From Minisyncoccota bacterium (GTDB lineage Bacteria; Patescibacteriota; Minisyncoccia; Phycocordibacterales; JBAYLF01): 64,000 nt of DNA. The stretch covers positions 7,063-71,062 of the forward strand of contig JBAYLF010000005.1 in the NCBI GenBank assembly GCA_041664205.1, given 5' to 3'. The position numbers and the translations under genes were made by a program. Shown piece after piece: positions 8,541-18,033 of the stretch. Numbering within the stretch: position 1 is the stretch's first letter; each line of letters starts with the position of its first letter. The notes below the pieces were generated by a model. The model was not told the origin of the DNA, did not search any database, and saw nothing but the letters and a program-made list of their open reading frames with translations.

Positions 8541-9509
8541 ATGTTAATAGATGAATTAGAGGTTTATATAAAAGCAGGCCGAGGTGGTAATGGTGTAGTT
8601 CGCTGGCTTCATGAGAAAGGGAAAGAGTTCGGTGGTCCTTCAGGAGGTAATGGCGGAAAAGGTGGCGATGTTTATGTTCACGCTATACGTGATATCGGTC
8701 TTCTTGCTAAATACAGAAACAAAAAAAGTTTTGAGGCGCAACGTGGCGAAGATGGTAGAAAAAATTCCATGCACGGAAAAGATGGCAAAGACATCACTAT
8801 CGATCTTCCTGTAGGTTCAGTAATCACTAACTTAAAAACTGGCAAAAAAATCCAACTTCTTTCTGAAGGAGAAACCGTTATGATATTAAGAGGTGGAAAC
8901 GGTGGACTTGGTAATGAACACTTTAAAGCATCAACAAATGTTCGACCTATAGAATTTACCTTAGGTAAGGAATGCGAAGATGCAGATTTTTTTATTGAGC
9001 TCGAACTTGTAGCAGATGCAGGACTCATAGGTTTCCCAAATGCTGGAAAATCAAGTTTGCTTAATGATCTTACAAATGCGAATGCAAAAGTTGGAAGCTA
9101 TCAGTTTACGACTCTTGAGCCGAACTTGGGAGATATGCACGGATTTATTTTAGCTGACATTCCAGGACTTATTGAAGGCGCTTCACAAGGCAAAGGTTTG
9201 GGTCATAAATTTTTACGTCATATAAAAAGAACAAGACTTCTTATTCATCTTATTTCACTCGAAGAGGATGATGTTTTATCAAAATATGATGTGATCCGTA
9301 AAGAGCTCGAAGATTTTGATAAAGATCTTTCTGAAAAAGAAGAAGTCGTGGTTCTCACAAAAACAGATCTTGTTACTGAAAAAGAATTAAAAGAAAAAGT
9401 TAAGCAGATAAAAAAGAGAAATAAAAAAGTTTTTACCGTTTCCATTTTAGATGATGAAGCTATGAAGAATTTAAAAGACGAATTGGTGAAGATTTTAAGA
9501 AAAATTTAA
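8541..9509 (+). CDS. obg: GTPase Obg/CgtA
   Basis: N-terminal glycine-rich Obg fold (GGNGGKGGDVY). G1 GFPNAGKSSLL and G3 DIPGLIEGA motifs. Confidence 0.9.
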   Translation: MLIDELEVYIKAGRGGNGVVRWLHEKGKEFGGPSGGNGGKGGDVYVHAIRDIGLLAKYRNKKSFEAQRGEDGRKNSMHGKDGKDITIDLPVGSVITNLKTGKKIQLLSEGETVMILRGGNGGLGNEHFKASTNVRPIEFTLGKECEDADFFIELELVADAGLIGFPNAGKSSLLNDLTNANAKVGSYQFTTLEPNLGDMHGFILADIPGLIEGASQGKGLGHKFLRHIKRTRLLIHLISLEEDDVLSKYDVIRKELEDFDKDLSEKEEVVVLTKTDLVTEKELKEKVKQIKKRNKKVFTVSILDDEAMKNLKDELVKILRKI

Positions 9510-9558
9510 AATTTACTAGTCATCTTTCTTCTGTTTAAGAAAGTGATAAAATAATTTT

Positions 9559-10974
9559 ATGAAAGATTATAAAACTACAATTGGTTTGGAAATACATGCA
9601 GAACTCAAAACAAAGACAAAGATGTTTTGTAATTCCAAGAACGATCCCGATGAAGACAAACCTAATGTAAATATCTGCCCTGTATGTATGGGTCATCCTG
9701 GAACTTTGCCTGTTGTAAATAAAGAGGCAGTTAGGCATGTGCTTAGGGTTGGAGTTGCTGTGGGTGGAAAAATTGCCGATTTCACAGAGTTTGATAGAAA
9801 AAACTATTTTTATCCTGATATTCCTAAGGGCTATCAGATAAGCCAATACAAATATCCGCTTGTTAGCGGAGGAATGCTTCGTGGAATAGAAATTACTCGC
9901 GTTCATCTTGAAGAAGATACAGGAACCTCACTTCATGAAGAAGGCGATTACTCTCTATTAAATTACAACCGTGCAGGCGTTCCTTTAATGGAGCTTGTTA
10001 CTGAACCAGTAATTCATACTGCCAAAGACGCTTCGGATTTTGCCCGCGAACTTCAGCTTCTTTTGCGCTATTTGGGCGCAGGTGAGGCCAATATGGAAAA
10101 GGGCGAGATGCGAGTTGAGGCAAATATTTCTGTAAGCGCAGATGAAAAATTAGGCACAAAAGTTGAGGTAAAAAATCTAAACTCATTTAAGACAGTTGAA
10201 AAGGCGATTGAGTATGAAGTAAAAAGACATATCGAAGCGTTGGAGAACGGTGAGCAGATCGTTCAAGAAACAAGAGGTTGGGACGAAGTAAAGCAAGCAA
10301 CTTTCTCTCAGCGAAAAAAAGAGGATTCACACGATTATCGTTATTTTCCTGATCCTGATATTCCAAAATTTAAATTATCAGAATTTCCTGAGTTTAGAGT
10401 TGAAGAAATCAAAAAAGGATTACCGGAACTTCCATGGGAAAAAAGAAAGCGCTATGAAGAAAAATACGGTATAAAGCTTGAAGATGTTGAAATATACGTT
10501 CGCGATAAAAAGTGGGCAGATTATTTTGAAAAAGTTACAGCCGAGTTTAAGGGTGATGTTGAGCTTATTAAACTCGCATCAAATTACATCACTTCAGATC
10601 TTGTTGGGCTTATTAAATCAATAGGTGAAGCAAAATTTCCAGAAGCAATGTTGCTTGCGAAACTTATAAAAATGACGAAGGATTCAATGGTTTCTTCTCG
10701 TGGAGCAAAAGATATTCTAAAAATTATGTATGGTCATGGTGGCGATCCAGAAGAAATTGCAAACAAGGAAGGCTTATTGCAAAAGAGCAATGAAGAAGAA
10801 CTTAAGGCGACTGCAGAAAAAATCATTGCAGCTAATTCTCAAGTCGCAGCCGATTACAAAGCAGGCAAAGAATCTTCTCTTCAGTTTTTGATCGGACAAG
10901 GAATGAAAGAAACAAAAGGAAGCGCAAATCCTCAAGTTCTCAGAAAGATATTTATGGAATTATTGAAGAATTAA
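9559..10974 (+). CDS. gatB: Asp-tRNA(Asn)/Glu-tRNA(Gln) amidotransferase subunit B
   Basis: MKDYKTTIGLEIHAELKTKTKMFC... is the canonical GatB N-terminus. 471 aa. Confidence 0.9.
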   Translation: MKDYKTTIGLEIHAELKTKTKMFCNSKNDPDEDKPNVNICPVCMGHPGTLPVVNKEAVRHVLRVGVAVGGKIADFTEFDRKNYFYPDIPKGYQISQYKYPLVSGGMLRGIEITRVHLEEDTGTSLHEEGDYSLLNYNRAGVPLMELVTEPVIHTAKDASDFARELQLLLRYLGAGEANMEKGEMRVEANISVSADEKLGTKVEVKNLNSFKTVEKAIEYEVKRHIEALENGEQIVQETRGWDEVKQATFSQRKKEDSHDYRYFPDPDIPKFKLSEFPEFRVEEIKKGLPELPWEKRKRYEEKYGIKLEDVEIYVRDKKWADYFEKVTAEFKGDVELIKLASNYITSDLVGLIKSIGEAKFPEAMLLAKLIKMTKDSMVSSRGAKDILKIMYGHGGDPEEIANKEGLLQKSNEEELKATAEKIIAANSQVAADYKAGKESSLQFLIGQGMKETKGSANPQVLRKIFMELLKN

Positions 10975-11008
10975 AAAAATATTTTTTCTGTCATTTCACT
11001 TTCTCTTG

Positions 11009-11078
11009 TCATTCCCGCGAAGGCGGGAATCCAGATTAAACAGAGATAAACTAGATTCCCGCCTTCGCGGGAATGACA
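11009..11078. repeat. GC-rich palindromic intergenic element, copy 1: GTCATTCCCGCGAAGGCGGGAATC - 22-nt loop - GATTCCCGCCTTCGCGGGAATGAC
   Basis: The 70-bp core matches 48537-48606 with a single mismatch; 24-bp inverted arms. An extra partial duplication of the left end lies at 10988-11008. Confidence 0.7.
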
Positions 11079-11093
11079 GATTTTTAAAATAAA

Positions 11094-11128
11094 AAAAGAC
11101 CGTCTGTAATAGTCGGTCTTTTTGTATT
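11094..11128. terminator. Bidirectional terminator AAGACCG-loop-CGGTCTT between gatB and the convergent 95-aa gene
   Basis: 7-bp stem flanked by an A-tract upstream and TTTTTG downstream. Confidence 0.5.
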
Positions 11129-11414
11129 ACGATATTTCTTTTTGCTTTTGCCATTCTTCTGAATTGCACCATTCGAGACTGAATAACTCTTTCTTTACAC
11201 TTTTTTTGCCATTTACTATTATTTCAACTTCTATTCTTACAAATTGATTTTTAGCATCTGACTCTAAATGTTTCGTTACTACAGCTCTATTTCCGCGATA
11301 TTCGCCACTTCTTATGTATATTATTCCACCAATCGGAGCATTTCTTTCAATTCTGTCCCTCAGCTGATTATTGTATGATTTATCAGCTTCTTTTAATCTA
11401 TCTTTATCATTCAT
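11127..11414 (-). CDS. Hypothetical protein (95 aa)
   Basis: ORF preceded by a strong SD (GGAGGT 6 nt upstream of ATG on the minus strand). No recognisable family. Confidence 0.5.
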   Translation of the reverse strand: MNDKDRLKEADKSYNNQLRDRIERNAPIGGIIYIRSGEYRGNRAVVTKHLESDAKNQFVRIEVEIIVNGKKSVKKELFSLEWCNSEEWQKQKEIS

Positions 11415-11609
11415 GTTTTAACCTCCTAAGGCTAGATTTATCGTTAAAATTTAATCTACGATATTCCAATGTCATTATAAGGCATAGACAGGAATAATTA
11501 AAATAATTTAAAATATTCAACAAAAGATATTAACTTCGTCAACACTTAAGTCTTTTAAAGATATTAGTTATAATATAGGAATAATTTATATTTAAAATTA
11601 AATTTCAAT

Positions 11610-12638
11610 ATGGCAAAACTAAAAGTAGCAATTAATGGTGCAGGAAGGATCGGTCGGGCATTTTGTAAGATGGCTCACAAAAGAGAGGGGCTTGATATTG
11701 TCGCGATAAATGATCTAGGAAGTATTGAATCTGTCGCATATCTTTTAAAATATGATACTGCATATGGCATAAGTGATTTATCAGTGAGTGTAAATAAAGA
11801 TAAGACGGCGATTATAATTGATGGTAAGGAAGTAAAATATCTAAGTGAGAAGGATCCTAACAATCTTCCTTGGAAAGCACTTGATGTGGATGTTGTTGTA
11901 GAATCAACAGGTTTGTTTACAACATATGAAAAGGCAAGAGCACATATTAATGCTGGTGCAAAAAAGGTTGTTATAACAGCTCCAGTAAAAGGTGATTCAA
12001 AAGATGAGACAGAAGCAACAGTGCTTTTGGGTATCAATGAAGAAAAATTAAAAACTTGTGTTATTAGCTCAAATGCTTCTTGCACAACAAACGCAGGATC
12101 ACCTCTTATGGCAATTCTTCACGAAAATATTGGTATTGAAAAAGCAATTTTAAATACTGTTCATGCTTATACTGCAAGCCAATCAATAGTTGATGGAATT
12201 AACAAAAAAGATCTAAGAGAAGGACGAGCCGCAGCACAAAACATTGTGCCTTCTTCTACTGGTGCCGCGATTGCAGTTACTAAAGCTTTGCCAGATCTTT
12301 TGGGAAAATTTGATGGAATATCAATGAGAGTGCCAGTAGTCGTAGGTTCAATAGTTGACGTTACATTTATTGCTAAAAGAAATACAAGTTCTGAAGAAGT
12401 AAACGAAATTTTGCAAAAGGCTGCACAAGATCCAAGATGGAAAAATATTTTTACAGTTACAGACGAGCCAATAGTTTCCTCGGACATCAGAGGCAACATT
12501 TATGCATCAATTGCCGATTTGTCTTTTACTCGCGTAGTTGATGGAAATTTGGTAAAGGTTTTGGCGTGGTATGATAATGAAATGGGGTATACGTATACGT
12601 TGGTGGAGCATGTTATAAAGACAGGACAATACTTATAA
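11610..12638 (+). CDS. gap: Glyceraldehyde-3-phosphate dehydrogenase (type I)
   Basis: NAD-binding INGAGRIGR. Catalytic SNASCTTN. Confidence 0.9.
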   Translation: MAKLKVAINGAGRIGRAFCKMAHKREGLDIVAINDLGSIESVAYLLKYDTAYGISDLSVSVNKDKTAIIIDGKEVKYLSEKDPNNLPWKALDVDVVVESTGLFTTYEKARAHINAGAKKVVITAPVKGDSKDETEATVLLGINEEKLKTCVISSNASCTTNAGSPLMAILHENIGIEKAILNTVHAYTASQSIVDGINKKDLREGRAAAQNIVPSSTGAAIAVTKALPDLLGKFDGISMRVPVVVGSIVDVTFIAKRNTSSEEVNEILQKAAQDPRWKNIFTVTDEPIVSSDIRGNIYASIADLSFTRVVDGNLVKVLAWYDNEMGYTYTLVEHVIKTGQYL

Positions 12639-12668
12639 TTTTTATTAGCCATAAAATATTTAAAACAT

Positions 12669-13121
12669 ATGAAAATTTTTATTGCCAGTGATCATGCCGG
12701 ATTTAATTTAAAAAAAGAACTTATTGGGCATCTTCGCGAACTAAATTATGACGTTGAAGATAAGGGCGCTTTAACTCTTGATGAGAATGATGATTATCCA
12801 GATTTCATTTCTTTGGTTGCAGAAGAAGTTGCAAAGAATCCCATTGAACATAGAGGTATTGTATTGGGAGGTTCAGGCCAAGGCGAAGCTATAGTAGCAA
12901 ATAGATTTCCAGGTGTTTATGCCGCACTATATTATGGTTCAAATATCGATATCGTAAAATATTCTAGAGAGCATAATAATGCAAATATTCTTTCTCTTGG
13001 TGCAAGATTTCTTTCAGAAGAAGAGGCATTAGATGCAGTTAAGTTATGGTTAGAAACCGATTTTAGTAATGATCCAAGACATGTTCGCAGAATTGGAAAA
13101 ATAGATCAACTTTTAAAATAA
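12669..13121 (+). CDS. rpiB: Ribose-5-phosphate isomerase B (RpiB/LacAB family)
   Basis: MKIFIASDHAGFNLKKEL... matches the RpiB N-terminus. 150 aa. Confidence 0.85.
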   Translation: MKIFIASDHAGFNLKKELIGHLRELNYDVEDKGALTLDENDDYPDFISLVAEEVAKNPIEHRGIVLGGSGQGEAIVANRFPGVYAALYYGSNIDIVKYSREHNNANILSLGARFLSEEEALDAVKLWLETDFSNDPRHVRRIGKIDQLLK

Positions 13122-13130
13122 ATTAATGGG

Positions 13131-13796
13131 ATGGAAATTATTCCTGCTATAATACCACAAAGTTTAGATGATCTGCGAGAAAAATTATCGCTTGTTGTTG
13201 ACCGTGTTCCTTTTGTTCAGATAGACGTTACGGATGGACATTTTGTTCACTCAAAAAGTTGGCCATATGATGATAATGGTGAAGAATTTAATCGCATAGT
13301 AAATGGTGATGAAGGACTGCCTTTTTGGGATAAAATTAATTTTGAAATTGATATGATGGTGGAATATCCTGAAGATAAAATCGAGCAGTGGATAAGCGCA
13401 GGAGCTTCAAGAATAGTTTTTCATATAGAAAGCACAAAAAATCCTGAGATCGTTATTGATCATTTAAAAGAGTTGGGTGTAGAAGTTGGAGTCGCTTTAA
13501 ATATTGGCACGCCAGCAGAAATTTTAGATCCTATTGCAGAGAAGATCGATTTTATACAGTGTATGGGAATTGGGAGGATTGGTTTTCAAGGGGAAACTTT
13601 TGATGAACAGGCTATTTCAAAAGTTGCAGATCTAAAAGAAAAATATCCTAACATTCCGATAAGTGTTGATGGTGGAGTTAATTTTGAAAATATAGAAGAA
13701 CTTCGCAATGCTGGAGCAACACGTTTTGTTGTCGGTTCTGCAATATTCGAAAGCGGAGACGTCGAAGATTCTATCGAACAATTTAAAAATTTATAA
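13131..13796 (+). CDS. rpe: Ribulose-phosphate 3-epimerase-like protein
   Basis: IDVTDGHFVHS resembles the Rpe DxMDGHFVPN motif. Location between rpiB and transketolase supports the call. Divergent, with insertions. Confidence 0.6.
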   Translation: MEIIPAIIPQSLDDLREKLSLVVDRVPFVQIDVTDGHFVHSKSWPYDDNGEEFNRIVNGDEGLPFWDKINFEIDMMVEYPEDKIEQWISAGASRIVFHIESTKNPEIVIDHLKELGVEVGVALNIGTPAEILDPIAEKIDFIQCMGIGRIGFQGETFDEQAISKVADLKEKYPNIPISVDGGVNFENIEELRNAGATRFVVGSAIFESGDVEDSIEQFKNL

Positions 13797-13846
13797 ATAA
13801 GATTTACGAGTTTGACACATCTCTTTGTCACTCGCTTATAATAATT

Positions 13847-14716
13847 ATGTCTATCGATGATAAAAAAATAAAAGAATTGGAAATTAAAGCTAATCTTATT
13901 CGCGAATCTGTTATAGAGATGTTGCTTGAGGCTGGCTCAGGTCATACTGCAGGTCCACTAGGAATGGCAGACGTTTTCACATATCTTTATTTTCATGCTT
14001 TAAAGTATGATCCTAAAAATCCATTATGGTCTGATCGTGACAGATTAGTAGTTTCAAACGGTCATATCTGCCCAGTGCTTTATGCATCTATGGCTGCTGC
14101 TGGATATTTTCCATATAGTGAACTTTTAACTCTTAGAAAATTTGGTTCGATTCTTCAAGGTCATCCTCAACGCGAAAAGCTTCCTGCTGTTGAAACAAGT
14201 TCGGGTCCTTTAGGTTCAGGTCTTTCTCAGACTGTAGGAATGGCTTTAGCCTCTAGAATTGATAATGGAAAAAATACTTTTAAAAATTTTTTCTATTGCA
14301 TAATGAGCGATGGTGAGCTTGATGAAGGACAAAGTTGGGAAGCGATTATGCTTGCTGGAAAAGAGAAGATTGGAAATTTGATTGCGATTGTTGATCGTAA
14401 TTATATTCAGATAGGTGGTTCTACCGAAGATGTTATGCCTCTTTCTCCGTTATCTCAAAAATGGGAATCATTTAATTGGCATGTTCAAGAAATAGATGGG
14501 CACAACTTCGAAGCTCTTGATATTGCATTTGGACGAGCAAAAGCAGAATTCGAAAAGCCTTCTGTAATTATTGCCCACACTATTCCAGGAAAAGGCGTAG
14601 CAGAATTTGAACGCAATTTTGAGTGGCATGGCAAACCTCCAAGTAAGGAAGAAGCTAAGAGGGCTCTTACTGAACTACGAACGTTGGGTGGAAAGATTAT
14701 AAGCGAACATCAATAA
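13847..14716 (+). CDS. Transketolase, N-terminal subunit (split transketolase)
   Basis: GSGHTAGPLGMADV thiamine-diphosphate binding region. 289 aa. Confidence 0.85.
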   Translation: MSIDDKKIKELEIKANLIRESVIEMLLEAGSGHTAGPLGMADVFTYLYFHALKYDPKNPLWSDRDRLVVSNGHICPVLYASMAAAGYFPYSELLTLRKFGSILQGHPQREKLPAVETSSGPLGSGLSQTVGMALASRIDNGKNTFKNFFYCIMSDGELDEGQSWEAIMLAGKEKIGNLIAIVDRNYIQIGGSTEDVMPLSPLSQKWESFNWHVQEIDGHNFEALDIAFGRAKAEFEKPSVIIAHTIPGKGVAEFERNFEWHGKPPSKEEAKRALTELRTLGGKIISEHQ

Positions 14717-14723
14717 AATAAAT

Positions 14724-15719
14724 ATGATTCCAGATTCAAAAAAACTTAATCCAAAAATTTTTGACAACGATGTTGAAAGAATATCTGTTCGCGTTGGATT
14801 TGGTCAAGGTTTACTTGCGGCGGGGGAATTGGACGAAAAAGTTGTGGGGCTTTGCGCAGATCTTACCAATTCAACTCAAATGAACCTCTTTGCAAAGAAA
14901 TTTCCCAATCGTTTTATAGAGGTTGGGGTTGCAGAACAAAATCTTGCCAGCGTTGCATCTGGTGTGGCAGCAATGGGGAAAATACCATTCATTGCTTCTT
15001 ATGCAATGTTTAATCCTGGACGCAATTGGGAACAAATACGCACGACTATTTGTTTCAATAATGTGCCGGTAAAAATAATAGGTTCTCACGTTGGTGTTTC
15101 AGTTGGTCAAGACGGAGGAACGCACCAAGCTCTTGAGGATATTGCTATGATGCGAGTTCTTCCAAATATGGTTGTAATCTCTCCTTGCGATTCTTTAGAA
15201 GCAAAAAAGGCAACTATGGCTTGCGCAAAAACCAACATACCGACATATATCAGGTTGGCTAGAGAAAATACTCCAATTATTACTACAGAAGAAACTCCTT
15301 TTGAGATAGGAAAGGCACAAGTTTTTTTTGAGCCTTCTTCTGGAAAGGTAGATGTAGGGATAATTGCAACAGGCACTTTAGTTTACAAGGCATTGGTTGT
15401 GGCAAAAAAATTAGAAGCAGAAGGAATGGGAGTTAAAGTTCTTAATCTTTCAACTATCAAGCCGATAGACGCAGATGCTATTATTTCACTTTCAAAAGAA
15501 GCAGGTGCGATTGTCACTGTAGAAGAACATCAGATACAAGGCGGGATGGGGAGTGCGGTGTGCGAAGTTCTAACAATGAATAATCCAGTTCCAGTTGAGT
15601 TTGTGGGTGTTAACAATCAATTCGGACAATCTGGAAAACCAGAAGAACTTCTAGAATTTTACGGAATGGGTGAGAGTCATATTATTGAAGCTGTTAAAAA
15701 GGTTGTGAAAAGAAAGTAA
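14724..15719 (+). CDS. Transketolase, C-terminal subunit (split transketolase)
   Basis: Pyrimidine-binding region VGVAEQNLASVASGVAAMG. 331 aa. Adjacent to the N-terminal subunit. Confidence 0.85.
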   Translation: MIPDSKKLNPKIFDNDVERISVRVGFGQGLLAAGELDEKVVGLCADLTNSTQMNLFAKKFPNRFIEVGVAEQNLASVASGVAAMGKIPFIASYAMFNPGRNWEQIRTTICFNNVPVKIIGSHVGVSVGQDGGTHQALEDIAMMRVLPNMVVISPCDSLEAKKATMACAKTNIPTYIRLARENTPIITTEETPFEIGKAQVFFEPSSGKVDVGIIATGTLVYKALVVAKKLEAEGMGVKVLNLSTIKPIDADAIISLSKEAGAIVTVEEHQIQGGMGSAVCEVLTMNNPVPVEFVGVNNQFGQSGKPEELLEFYGMGESHIIEAVKKVVKRK

Positions 15720-15741
15720 TTCTATTAAACTATACCGAGAT

Positions 15742-15960
15742 ATGGAAATAATCGCAGGTGGAATTTATCAACATTTCAAAAACAAAAAGTTTTATAAAGT
15801 CATAGGCGTTGGCAAGAACAGCGAGACTATGGAGGATGTTGTTATATACGAACCTCAGTATGAATCAGAAGTTAAATTTTGGGTTCGTCCAATAAAAATG
15901 TTTTGTGAGGAATTGGAGCATGAAGGTATAAAACAGCCAAGATTTAAATTCATAAAATAA
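15742..15960 (+). CDS. DUF1653-like small protein (72 aa)
   Basis: YQHFKNKKFYKVIGVGKNSETMEDVVIYEPQY...WVRPIKMF follows the DUF1653 pattern HYKGGxYxVxGxAxHSETxExxVVY...WVRPxxMF as I remember it. Confidence 0.5.
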   Translation: MEIIAGGIYQHFKNKKFYKVIGVGKNSETMEDVVIYEPQYESEVKFWVRPIKMFCEELEHEGIKQPRFKFIK

Positions 15961-15966
15961 AATACA

Positions 15967-15998
15967 AAAAACTCTGACAGAATTTGTCAGAGTTTTTT
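15967..15998. terminator. Bidirectional terminator AAAACTCTGACA-gaatt-TGTCAGAGTTTTTT
   Basis: 12-bp perfect stem flanked by an A-tract and a T-tract. Confidence 0.65.
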
Positions 15999-16006
15999 AA
16001 TTTAAT

Positions 16007-16483
16007 TTATTTTATAGGACCGATCCTTGTGATAATTAATGAATTGATCTCGATCATTATTTTTTCGGTTTCTCTTTTAAGTTCTCCTAAACGTTTTTCT
16101 AGATCTACCTCTTTTAATAAAACGTCATCAGTTTTATTTTCAAAGTCTTTTAATAGTTCTTTTAATTTTTCTATTCTTTCTTTTTCCTCATTAGATAGTT
16201 CGTCTATTTTTTTTATATCATCGCCATACTGATCATAAATCTTGGTTATATTTTTGATAATTTCATCTCTTTCTGCTTCAAGATGCTCAAGATTTGTTTG
16301 AATTAGTTGAGCTTCTGTTATGGCAGTTTCAAGATCCTTCTTTAATTGTTCTCCTCTAAGAACTTTTTCAGTATCAGATTTAATTTTTTCAGCTTCTCTA
16401 AGTATGCTTTGTGTTCGAGGATCTTTTAAAAGTTCGTTTTCATTATCATGTTCATCTTGCGGGTCAAAATTTTCTTTTGTCAT
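16007..16483 (-). CDS. Coiled-coil hypothetical protein (158 aa)
   Basis: Highly charged, heptad-like E/K-rich sequence. No family assigned. Confidence 0.45.
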   Translation of the reverse strand: MTKENFDPQDEHDNENELLKDPRTQSILREAEKIKSDTEKVLRGEQLKKDLETAITEAQLIQTNLEHLEAERDEIIKNITKIYDQYGDDIKKIDELSNEEKERIEKLKELLKDFENKTDDVLLKEVDLEKRLGELKRETEKIMIEINSLIITRIGPIK

Positions 16484-16519
16484 TTTATTAAATTTCTAAC
16501 TTATATCTTTAATCCAGAT

Positions 16520-16942
16520 TTATTTGCCTGCTTTTTTAGAATGGATTACAGAAAATCTTTGTGCTACTAATCTTAATTGTGAAGCAAGTTCGTTTAATTC
16601 ATTTCCTATTTGAGCCGCTTGTGCGAGTGCCTCACTCAGATCTTTTTTTGAATCTTCGATTACTCTATTTAACAGAGTTTTTTCAGATATTTCTTCTGGT
16701 GTGGGTTCTTCTTTTGCAACTAAATCAAGATATCTTTCTGTGGCATCATTCATATCAGCGATAATTTTATCAGTTTCCGCTTTGATCTCATTTAGTTGTT
16801 CTTTTAGTTTTTCTTGTTCTACTGCTAATTTTCTGTAATTAGCGTCCTTGTTTTCTGGCGTTTGTTGTGTCGATTCAGGCGTTTTTTTTACTTGTTCTTG
16901 TGGAACTGGATTATTTTCAATACCTTCAAGTTTATTTGTCAT
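16520..16942 (-). CDS. Coiled-coil hypothetical protein (140 aa)
   Basis: Charged helical sequence with a disordered N-terminus. Tandem with the previous coiled-coil gene. Confidence 0.45.
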   Translation of the reverse strand: MTNKLEGIENNPVPQEQVKKTPESTQQTPENKDANYRKLAVEQEKLKEQLNEIKAETDKIIADMNDATERYLDLVAKEEPTPEEISEKTLLNRVIEDSKKDLSEALAQAAQIGNELNELASQLRLVAQRFSVIHSKKAGK

Positions 16943-16961
16943 ATTAGTTTATTTTTTAAAT

Positions 16962-17966
16962 TTATAATTTTTTTGGTTTATAATCTGCTGGCGCTTCAGC
17001 TAAGTATTTTTCTAATTGCGCTAGTGTTAGAAGTCCTTTTTGTGCGCCTATCTGTTGAACAACGGACATGGAATTTATCGGAGCCCATTGCAATGCTTCT
17101 GGAATTGATTTTCCAAGAATTATTGCGCTTGTAAATGTTGATGAAAAAGCATCACCTGCGCCAGTTCGGCTTATTGGTGGTCTTGGATCAGGATACATTG
17201 GTCCGAACCATATGTCAGTGCCATCATAAGCGTAAGCGCCATTGGGTCCGTCGGTTATCGATATAATTTTAGGTCCAAGATTTCTAAGGCCGATCAGTAA
17301 ATCTTTTATATCTTTATTAAATGTTCCTAAAATTCTTTGAGCTTCTTCTTTATTGCAGAAAAATAATTCAGAATTTTTATAAATTTTCTTAAGTTTCTCG
17401 TAACCTATTTTTATTTGAAAAGTTCCTGGTTGGAATACCATTTTGGTTTCTGGATGAGCTTCGACATAATCAGCAATCTGTTGTTGGTATGGTAGGGAAT
17501 TTTCTGCAAGGGAACTTAAATAAATCCAACGTGGAGGAATAGCAATATTGGGGAAATTATAATCATACAAATGGTGTTTTACCAAAATTGTTCGTTCATC
17601 TTTAAAACGTAAGACATAGTGATAGTTAGTTTCTTCGCCTTTTTGCGTCGTGACAAATTCGGTGTTGATGCCTTCTTTTTCTAATTGTTCTAAACATTCT
17701 CTGCCGTTATCATCATCGCCTATGTGTGTAACGATTGCAGAATTGAGTCCTAATCTATGTGCTGACACAGCTGCATTCGTGCTGTTTCCTACTGCTGGCA
17801 CTACTTCAACGGATTCATAAGGAATCTTGTCTCCAAAACTCATGCATAATTTTTTTTCTGATTTTGCATCATCATATTCGATCTCTGCCTCTTTAAGTAA
17901 AATAAAAGCATCAGTTACGATATCGCCGAATCCCAAAAAATCAATTTTTTTTTCAACATTTTCCAT
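16962..17966 (-). CDS. PfkB-family carbohydrate/nucleoside kinase (ribokinase-like)
   Basis: C-terminal TGAGDAFSSTF is the PfkB signature 2. Confidence 0.75.
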   Translation of the reverse strand: MENVEKKIDFLGFGDIVTDAFILLKEAEIEYDDAKSEKKLCMSFGDKIPYESVEVVPAVGNSTNAAVSAHRLGLNSAIVTHIGDDDNGRECLEQLEKEGINTEFVTTQKGEETNYHYVLRFKDERTILVKHHLYDYNFPNIAIPPRWIYLSSLAENSLPYQQQIADYVEAHPETKMVFQPGTFQIKIGYEKLKKIYKNSELFFCNKEEAQRILGTFNKDIKDLLIGLRNLGPKIISITDGPNGAYAYDGTDIWFGPMYPDPRPPISRTGAGDAFSSTFTSAIILGKSIPEALQWAPINSMSVVQQIGAQKGLLTLAQLEKYLAEAPADYKPKKL

Positions 17967-18033
17967 ATTATTAATATTAGTTATGTATTTCTAATCATTT
18001 TAACATAATTATAAATTTTGCTACAATACGCGT

